Source of the DNA: Macrostomum lignano
Lineage: Eukaryota
NCBI GenBank assembly: GCA_002269645.1
Contig: NIVC01003670.1
Coordinates: forward strand, 19,797-83,796
Length of the DNA stretch: 64,000 nt
Direction of reading: 5' to 3'
The notes under the pieces were generated by a model. The model did no database searches and was not told the DNA's origin. It was given only the letters and a program-made list of their open reading frames with translations. Below are positions 41,501 to 51,100 of the stretch, piece after piece; position 1 is the first letter of the stretch; every line of letters starts with the position of its first letter. A program made the position numbers and the translations under genes.

Positions 41501-44071
41501 TAAAAATATAAACTCAAATTCAACCTATTTAAAACTAACTTCTTATCTTAAACTATTTTCTAAATACTATTTTCTAATGATAATATGCTATAATAGGTAG
41601 GCTTACATAGGCCTTAGCCAATTTCTATCAAGAAAAAAACAATTTATGTATATAGCTTTAGGGACTTCTTGAACTTTAGGTAAATAAAATTGTTTTAGTT
41701 TTAATATGATCATAACTTTGTCTCTATAAGGGTTTTGATAGTGCTGATTTCAAATTTGAGCTTCATTTTTTGTAGCTTAAAGCCAACCATCAGAGCATGG
41801 GCAATGGGGGGCTTTAGGGTGGGGAGAAACTTCATGGGTTTGATTTTATCTTATCTACCTAAACTTCAATAGAGGCATAGGGTTATAAAACACCTCCATG
41901 GAGAAAAAATTATAATCTTATCAATCTAATTGATATCAGCAGCTATTATCACCTTTTAGAATAGAGATGACAATGCAAATTAGTAGAAATTAGGTATAGG
42001 TAAACAAGTAAGAATGTATAGCTAGTTACAACCATGAAAGAATGACAGCAAATCTTTTTTGCTTTGGTGAGGGTGGTGGCAAACTGTGAATGAGCATTTT
42101 AAAAACACTAATTTGATGTGGCACTCTCACTGCTCTATAACAAACTGAGTGAAGAAAAATTAGAAAAGATACTCTTTTATTGGAATTAAAAATCTAACCC
42201 TCTAAATAATTTAGAATGAACTCATTAAACTGTTAAAAATATTTACCTTTAAAAGTCATGATTCTAAAAAAGTTTAATTTTCAAACATACAATTCTCAAA
42301 AACTAAAATACAATATTAACAAATTGAGCTCCTGTTAACTTTGAAGATATTTTTTGTAGTTTTTTTGCTTTAAATGCCTTTATTATCATTTTGGATAACC
42401 TCTAAGATTCTGGCAAAAGTTTTAGAAAAATAGGAAAATTGGAAGTATTTTATATACCTAAAGTTCAAGAAGTCCAGCTTTAGTCTAATAAGTCTAAAGG
42501 ACTAATATAAAAAGTCTAACACTATGGCTTACCTGGGATGCATTGCATAGCATTGATTAGGCTTTGTAAATAAGCATGGCTTAATTAAGCTTAAACTCTA
42601 GGACTAATACTTTGTAAAAAGAAATCCCTATTGCAACCAAGGTCTAGACTATGCCAAATGCCCTTTTCCCCTTACAATGGTGCTGCATATCCAATGCCAA
42701 TAAATGATCTACCCTAGATGCTATCTACAAAAATAGCCATGGCATTGGCTGCAATACTTAGGAAAAGAAATGAATAGTCAATAGATAGATTTTTCTACAA
42801 TAGGCCTACAGCCTAAAAATGGGTATTATTAAATAATATGAATAAGATTAAACATAGCTAAGATATATAAAATATTTTTGAAGTAATGCTTCAAGAAGAA
42901 ATTTTTTGAAGAATATTTAATATTGATGCAAGTTCAATTTTCATGAATGTAGAGGCTAGATTAAAGCCACACCCACAGGCTCTTATTTAGTTATAATCAT
43001 ATATTTTATATTTGACTTAGAGCACCAAAACAAAAATTGTGTTATTTGCATATTATATTTAGGCCTACAAATGCTAGACCAATTAGTTATCTTAACAATA
43101 ACAAATACAAAGACTGGAAAAGAATTCAATAATTATGTGAGGCTGCCAGTGTTAGGTCCAATGCAATAAACATGCACAACCAATACCATAGCCCATAGGC
43201 CCTATTATATAATTGCTATTCTTTCTATCCAGTAAGCAGATTAGCTATTATATTAGGCCTAGCCTATTTATTAAGGTTATCAGATGTGGTTTTCAATCCA
43301 AAGTGAGCATGCTTCACTTCACCATGTTTAAAAACCCTTAGTATTCTAAGCATTGTTAGTATTCATGGATCTCATAGAAGTGACTTGATAAGTTGACATA
43401 CAGTAATGAATCTATCTAGAATATAACACTTCATTATATTTTTATATTATATATATATATATATATACAAATAATACAATTTATTCTATTCTATACCTAT
43501 TCTAAGACCAGGAAGTATACAATAACAATACTATTTATCTTCTAGTGGCAATAACAAGGCAATAGGAAAATTAATGAATAGCTCTTTGCCTCTTTAGGAC
43601 TAACAGGGCACCATGTAGCTATCAAGAATGTCGATAAAGGGATAATTTTTTAATTTGTTTCTCCGCAGTTTATATTTTTCAGATCTCCCAAAATGATAAA
43701 CATTAAACAAAACAAATAGTCAAATGACTCGCGCAAACACAATAGCAAACAATATTCAATCCACATGAACATTTTTTCTATTAATTTAACCACTTTAATA
43801 TCCTGATACCGAGCTCAAACTACTGCACTTAGAATTACAAAAATGTAACCATCGAATTGATGGTGAATCAGCTCTAGAAGTGCGACGTTGAAAAAAATCA
43901 TCATATCGTCATGCCTCTAAATTCATTTCTACACCTCCATTGAACACAGGAACCATTTTTATTATGTATTTTATCTCTCCTGATGGCATACAACTCGATT
44001 TGCTCCCACGACATGGATTCGCCATGACACTGTCGATTCGACTTCGAAACAATGGATACCTTCCCAGTGGG
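38541..44071 (-). mobile_element. CMC/EnSpm-like DNA transposon, both ends present, about 5.5 kb
   Basis: TIR CCCACTGGGAAG..CTTCCCAGTGGG, subterminal GTCGA repeats, 2-bp TSD CA. Confidence 0.82.
39309..40900 (-). pseudogene. Disrupted EnSpm-type transposase
   Basis: Fragments in different frames: ITVNVDGVPLF..LWPIL; PDYMHSVCLGVVKR..PREF..R.LDE..YKASEFR; SAFAFENYNGILKR. Confidence 0.8.
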
Positions 44072-44089
44072 CAGTCCCATGTGATAAGT

Positions 44090-44970
44090 GCAATCAAGTG
44101 CAGTAATCCTTGGTTTAGGCCTATCAAGTGCAGTAATCCTTGGCTTAGGGCCTATCAAGTGCAATAATCCTTGGTTTATCAATTGTAGTAGTCCTTGGTT
44201 TTTCAAATGCAGTAATCCTTGGCTTATCTTATCAAGTGCAGTAATCCTTGGCTTATCAAGTGCAATAATCCTTGGTTTATCAAGTGCTGTACCAGTGTGC
44301 GGATCATGTACCTGTGTACACCGGAAAAAATTTGGGCGTCAAGGACTTTGTATGCCAGTGTACACCAAAAACAAAAAGTTGCACTAAAATGTACACCAAA
44401 AATTCCTAAAAAAAGGTCATTCGGTTTTCACGAGTAGAGTTTTCTAGGAAAGGCTTTCGTAGGAAAAGTGTCTTTAAAATATTACAAATATTTTCAATTT
44501 AAACAAACTTAAATAATACCTACAAAAAATATCATGCAAAATTAATACTTTCAGCAAAATTTTACACAAATTTTTTTTAACTTAAAATAAGCAAAAAGTT
44601 TATCACTGACGATATAAATTTTCCTTTACTTTATGTAAAAACATTAATTTACATTACAATTTTCATGCATGGCATGAATTTATTCACCAAAATTTGTATG
44701 CCAAAAAAGTATGCGTGGCTGTGTTACTTGTGTACGCCAATAGTATATGTCAACAAAGTGCACCAGGGGTTGTGTACGCTGATTGTGTATGCCAAGGACT
44801 TAGGGTGGCCATTTTGTATGCCAGAAAAGTTCTGGCATACATGCATACCATCCGCAACCTGGGTGCTATAATCCTTGGCTTATCAAATAAAAAAATCCTT
44901 GGTTTATCAAGTGCAATAATCCTTGGTTTATCAAGTGCAGTAATCTTTGGCTTATTAAGTGCAATAATAC
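44090..44970. repeat. About 25-bp minisatellite (TCAAGTGCAGTAATCCTTGGCTTA) split by a MITE
   Basis: Units at 44090-44285 and 44863-44970. Confidence 0.85.
44292..44862. mobile_element. hAT-like MITE, copy 1
   Basis: Ends CCAGTGTGCGGAT..ATCCGCAACCTGG; flanks GTGCTGTA and GTGCTATA (7/8 match to an 8-bp TSD). Confidence 0.7.
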
Positions 44971-45013
44971 TTATAATAGAGGTCAAATGGGATCCCGATC
45001 ATAAAATCTTGGG

Positions 45014-45605
45014 TCAGACTCCGGATGGTACATATATACTGGAATTTTCCAGTATACAGAGGGACCTAGATTACACATTGGCATAGGCCTATAACTTGGC
45101 ATACAAAGGGGCCTGGCATGCCCTCTTGGTGTACAGCTTGGCATATAGCTATAGAGATTGCCGAGACCAGCAGGTGGGACCAAAAGTTCTACATAATTAG
45201 CATACAAAAAATGATTAAGTTTGCATTTGGCATAGTCTCTATGTACATAGTTGGTGTATTGTACATAGCTATTAGCCACATAGTTACAATAGCTAAATTT
45301 TGATCAAAAAGAATAGCTGGCCCTTTCCAAAAAAAACAGAAAACTTAATTTAAAAAAACTGGGTTTACCTTTTCCAAGAAAGTTAAAATGGACTAGTTCT
45401 CTATAGTTTAGTAAAAAGATTTTTAGTTTTAACACAAGTTTTTTGAATATTAAAGTTTTGCAAGCTTTTAATATTAGTTGTAATTTGTAATTTTTTTTGG
45501 CATATTTTAGTATGCAATAAAAAGTTTGTTGGCATACATTGGCATGCATGAGCTATGGAAGCAATTTTCATTCTGGCGTACAATGGTACACGATCCTGAC
45601 CCTGG
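45014..45605. mobile_element. hAT-like MITE, copy 2 (inverted), inserted in a copy of the 29904 MITE family
   Basis: Ends are homologous to the 44292 element; perfect 8-bp TSD ATCTTGGG. Confidence 0.7.
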
Positions 45606-48136
45606 ATCTTGGGATCCCAAGGAAAATTGGATTCCGTGAGACTAGAATCCTGACCCTAAAAACATGAGAAACTACTTATATTTTTTAAAATATATTCCAA
45701 ATTTATTGTTTTAACTAGTCAAGAAAAAGTAGGCCTATAAATACTAAAATAGACACATTTTTGGAGCAAGAGGAGGAAACTTGACTTGTATTGAGCCTCA
45801 AAGTAGTTTATCAAGTAATTGAAAAAGGTTAATAATGAGTTCCAAAGAAATATTTTGGGAAATGTTTTCTGAGTTAATTCATTTTTTTGCAACAAAGTAG
45901 AGGGAAATGCATATAGTATGTACTATTGTTAAGTAGACCATATAATGAAAGAAAATGAAGTAGATCCTTGGTACTACTTATAAAATATTGATGCCATAAT
46001 CCTCTGATCTTGGCAATATTAGGACTAGAAAAAATACATGTAGCACATTACCAGTAATAATAATAGTTATATATTGCTCAGGCCAAACTTATATATGCTA
46101 CTAGAATTAAGTAAGAATGCTATTAGTATATGATACGAAAATGGTTTCTAGACACTTGGGCTCTTGGGAAAGCATCTTTTGCTTGATACTCATTATTTGT
46201 ATGGTTATATTACTATGTGTAAATATTGCCAGTGTTATTTTGGGTTGATAACAATTGCCCGCAGCAAATTTACCCCTCAAGATTTGACCACTGAGCTTTT
46301 CCAACCAAGATTTGCTTGCAATGCATTTTGCCTACAAGCAAATTGCCCACCAAGGTTTGTCTGCAATGTTTTTCCTGTAGTGCATAGCAGAGTTAAAAAG
46401 TGGAATGGTCGTTACCTGCAGTCTAAGCTACTGGTTTCTGCTAAGCATTTCCTAGTGAATTTACTGGTTGAGATTTTTGGTAGTTTGCTGCCACCAGGTT
46501 CCTACTGTTCCCTAATTCTGGCTTTAGATTTAAAGAATCGAGTCAGGACACCGATAAAGTTACAAGTTTAATAAAAGAAAAGAATATGTTACTGTACAAA
46601 AGTTGGTTTGCTACATTAATTCCCTATTTTCCCTATGTGCTCTGGGCAATACTCCCAATCAGTTTTAGAGGCAAGACTCCTCTGTGCGTTCTAATTTTAT
46701 TTCCCTTTTTTTCTCTTTCTTACCAAATTCCTTAGAATTGTTCTAAGTTTAACCAGATCACAAACAGATCTCAATGGGATCTCCGCGAAAGATGCTTTCC
46801 CAAGACTAACTAACTAACTAAATAAGTAATAAGGTGCCTCAGCCATTGAACAGGCTCTTATGCCATTAGAAGAATATATAGATTCCAGGTTGGGAGTGTA
46901 CTAATGTACACTAAAATCCTAATTTGAGCTGAGAGGACTGTACATCGAGCTGGGCAAGCGGTGCCAGTCAGGCCGAGAGCGGGCCTTACCCCCGACCCTC
47001 AGAGCGTACGCCTACCCCAAACCCAATTGGCTTATCTAAACCTCCCCGGGGCTGGCAGGGGTTAAGTGAACCTCGGGGGCAGCCCATGCCTTCTCCTGGG
47101 TTATAAAATGCCAATAAGTGGTCCAAAGACCTCCCCACGGCCGTGGCCACCCGGAGGAGCCTCCCTACTTACTAAACCCCGGGTACTCTTGCCAAGACAG
47201 GCAAGCAAAAGACTTGGCATCAAGCAAAAGATGCTTTCCCAAGAGCCCAACTGCTCTGTAGTTCTAAAAAAAACCCCAAAATAGCAATTTACCCCCACTC
47301 TAATTACTTCCCCAGGTTAAAACTACTGATAGCAGGGTAAAAGCATATTTGTCCCGTGACTAATTCCTGTTCCTAAAATAATGCCCTACTACAAAAGCAT
47401 AGCAATCTTTCATATTGCCACTGTTGCGGCATGTCATAGTTGATAGGTAGCAATGCCAGAACCATGGCACATGTATAATATTTCAAGAATAATATAAGTG
47501 TTGGTTGAGAATTTGAGTATAGGTAGAGTTTCAAAATGTTCACTTTATTTTCTAGGTTTTTGTATTAGTTGTTATCTGTCATTTTCTGCCATGTTTTATT
47601 GTTTTTCAAATTGTTATTTATTTTTTCTGTATATTGCAGTTTTTCTTTCTTTTGTCTTGTGTTGCATATTTAGGCTACTTTTTGCATATATGTTGTGCAT
47701 GCATGGGTTTTTTGAAACTTATTTCAATTGAGTTTTCAGTGAAAGCTTAGTTTGACATATATAAAGTCTAATTTTAGTTTTTTGTTATGATAATTCATAT
47801 TTACTGTGTGTAGTAGGATGTTGAGATGTTAATGCTTAATTAAATATTAGATACCAAAATTGATATCACAAGATTGGTAATTGCCAATTGTTTTTTCTAT
47901 GCACTTGTTTCATATGTAGACATAGAGTATACTTGTAGTAATCAAATTAGCAAAACTAGTTATAAATCACAAATTAATTAATAGAATAATAGCTAACTTT
48001 TACATAAGCGTAGCATCTATAGTGTAATTAGGTTTAAGAGTCAACAGTAATGGCATACCTTTTTAATCTATGCATGCTTTATAAGCTCATTATTAATATT
48101 TGAAAGTTCAGTTCTACAATCATAAAACAGCAAATA

Positions 48137-51100
48137 ATGGAAATCAACAAAGATGAGAAGCTATCGGAGGGCAAGACTAAGATAATCTATTCTGTGAAAG
48201 GTCAGCCAGGCCTATGCGTGATGCATGCCAAGGAGCGAATCACGGCTAACAATGCTGCTAAAGTGAACGAATTGGCTGGCAAAGCTGCTGTTAGCAACAA
48301 AACTACAGCTCTGGTGTTTGAGTACCTAAAACGAGCAGGTATTAGGTAAGCTATTTTTAATTCTCATAAATGCGAGTCACTTTTACAAGTTTGAATATTC
48401 ATACCATCAATTAATTTTACTTGTTACTTAGTAGTTGTCGCCTATTCATCTGCTTGCTAACCACAGTCAACTTAGCTTAACTTGCAGCACTGCCACAACT
48501 TACAATAATCAAGTAGATTTTAATTATCATAATGATGAAATTTAAGCTAAGTAAGTTTTCACATTGATCTAGTGACTCAAATTTGGTCTTGGTCCTGAGT
48601 GCTGCAGTGTAAGCCCATAAAAAAGTTTCATTTTGGATGTGTGGATACATACACAGACACACACTCACACAGGAGTGTACAGTAGCCTTAACTTTATTTA
48701 TCGTTAGGCATGTACACTTCACTGTGTCTTGGGGTGTTGGTTGCACTGGACCGCTGATGTACATTACAAAAACCAAAAAAGTCAATCTTTATTATTTAAT
48801 TCAGGTGCGCATTCGAACGAATCCTTGACGACATTTGCCTGCTGTCCCGCCGCTGTCACATGATCCCAATCGAATTCGTGTGCCGCCGCGTCGCCACCGG
48901 CTCGTTTCTGAAGCGCCACCCCGGCGTGCCCGAGGGCCACCGGTTTGTGCCAGTTAAATCCGAGACCTTCTTTAAAGACGACGCTAACGACGATCCGCAG
49001 GTGTCCAAAGAGCAAATTGTTGCTATGGGCCTGAATTGCGGCAGTCGCAAGATTACTGGCAACGATGTGGACATTTTGCAGGGCACCACCGCGGCTGTGT
49101 TTGAAATTCTCGAGCGAGCTTGGCATTCGTTGGACTGCGCGCTCATTGATATGAAGGTAGGGAGTAATACTAAATTGTCATTTTCTTATAATAATGTATT
49201 GCACCTGCCATACTGGCCAGGTGTGCAACTGACAGCTCAGCCGAAGCTATTGCGCGGCGCATCTGAAGGCTGCGTACGGCTGTTCAGTCCAAGGACTGGC
49301 TGGGGGGGGGTGAAGTGAAGCAATGCAGGATTAAGTGTCTTGTTCTGGGACACAAATTGTTCCGAGTGGGTTACACAAAGATTACAACCCTGCTTTCTTA
49401 TGCTTAAGATTCTTTAAACATGAGAGTCTTTGCAGAGTGCTGCAACTTCTGTAAGCTAATATTTAAAGTAGCGATGTTGTTACTTTTTTATACTTTTTCA
49501 CTGGTGCTAGCTGGCATCCTGGCTGTATTGGTGAAGCTGAACTCTGTCTTTTATGAAATTATGACAGGTTTAGTTATGCAATAATTCTGCACCAGCCTTA
49601 CATTAATCACTTGTGTTTGCAATGGTCGCTGTGCAATATCTGAATATTGAGTAACTGTGCAGCATTACCCAGCAAACAGACATTTTATCTATCTAGATCT
49701 TTAAGCACCTTTATTTGCGGTGGTGACAAGACACGGGCTCCCTCTTCTGACAGTTTTAACAAAAACTGCATGAAGACCCGTCCCGTGATGCTGCCTTGCT
49801 TCTGAGCAAGAAAGGTATTGCTGCAATTGTATTTTAACCGCTTTAATGCCAATAACTAAAATCAAATATTGTTCTATTTATTTGGCTGTATTGGTGAAGC
49901 TGAACTCTGTATTTACTTTTAATATTGACAGGTTCAGTTAGGCAATAAATTTGCATCAGCCTACAATAAATGTAGCTTTATGTTTGCAATGGTCGCTGTG
50001 CAATGTCTAGATGAATAGGTGACTGTGCAGCATTACCCAGCAAACTGACACTTCATAAATCTTTTAAGCACCATTATTTGCGGTGATGACAAGACACGGG
50101 CTCCCTCTTCGGACAGTTTTAACAAAAACTGCATGAAGACCTGTCCCGTGATGCTGCCTTCCTTCTGAGCAAATATGGGTGTTTGTTATTCTTTGTCAAG
50201 CATATCTGGTCCGATCTAATATAAGCGCAAGATTGAAAACCTAAAAGAAACTTTATTTGGCTGTATTGGTGAAGCTGAACTCTGTCTTTTAACTAATTTA
50301 TGACAAATTCAGTTAGGCAATAAATTTGCATCAGCCTACAATAGATGTTACTTACGTTTGCAATGGTCGCTGTGCAGGTGTCTAAATATGTGACTGTGTA
50401 GCATTACCCAGCAAACTGACAGATTGATAAACTGCGAATTCAAAAGAAACGCTTTTATAACACCTTAAGCAGTGATGACAAGACACGGGCTCCCTCTTCT
50501 GACAGTTCTAATCTAAAACTGTATGAAGACCCGTCCCGTGATGCTGCCTTCCTTCTGAGCATAAAGGTGTTAACCTATTTAATATCGAATGTCAAATTTG
50601 ACTAATTATTGTCAAACAGGTGCTCAACAACTTTAGCATCTCCCGTTGGATTTTGAGTTTTTAAAGTAGGCATGAAAGGTGAAGAGTTTTGCACCTTCTG
50701 CCTGACTTTCGCCTCTCTTATGCCTATTTTGTGCCACTTGTGCACCTTTTGTTCACCTGAGTGCCTCTGCAGGGTCAGAAGGTGAATTTAAGGCACGAAA
50801 TAGGCGGTAGGGGCACAGGTGTCGTAGGGGATTTAGGTGCATTAAAGGTGCACAGTGTGCGTTGAGGCACAAAAGGTGAACAAAGTAGGAATTGGGGGCA
50901 TTGGTGGAGTGAAAGGTGAAAAAAAGTGCGCTGCGGTAGAGGTGCATAAAAAGTGTACAGTGTGCACTGGAGGCACGAAAGGTGAATAAAAGGTGCACAG
51001 TGGGCACTTTAGGCGTAGAGGCAATGCAAGGGGCGTTAAAGTTGTAAATGGCGAAGTTCTTTGCTACCTTTTCTCACTATTCGAAATTTTTCCTCACTAA

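Noticed and set aside
46150-47260. 33-bp inverted repeat (TTGGGCTCTTGGGAAAGCATCTTTTGCTTGAT) with an extra internal partial copy; possible LTR or DIRS relic
   Set aside because: No termini, TSD or coding remnant could be defined.
49521-49600. H/ACA hairpin 1 TTGGTG(AA) and TTCTGC complementary to LSU GCAGAAUUCACCAA
   Set aside because: The two strands are not both adjacent to the upper stem, so pocket geometry is non-canonical, and most copies read TTTGC. Not claimed as a target.
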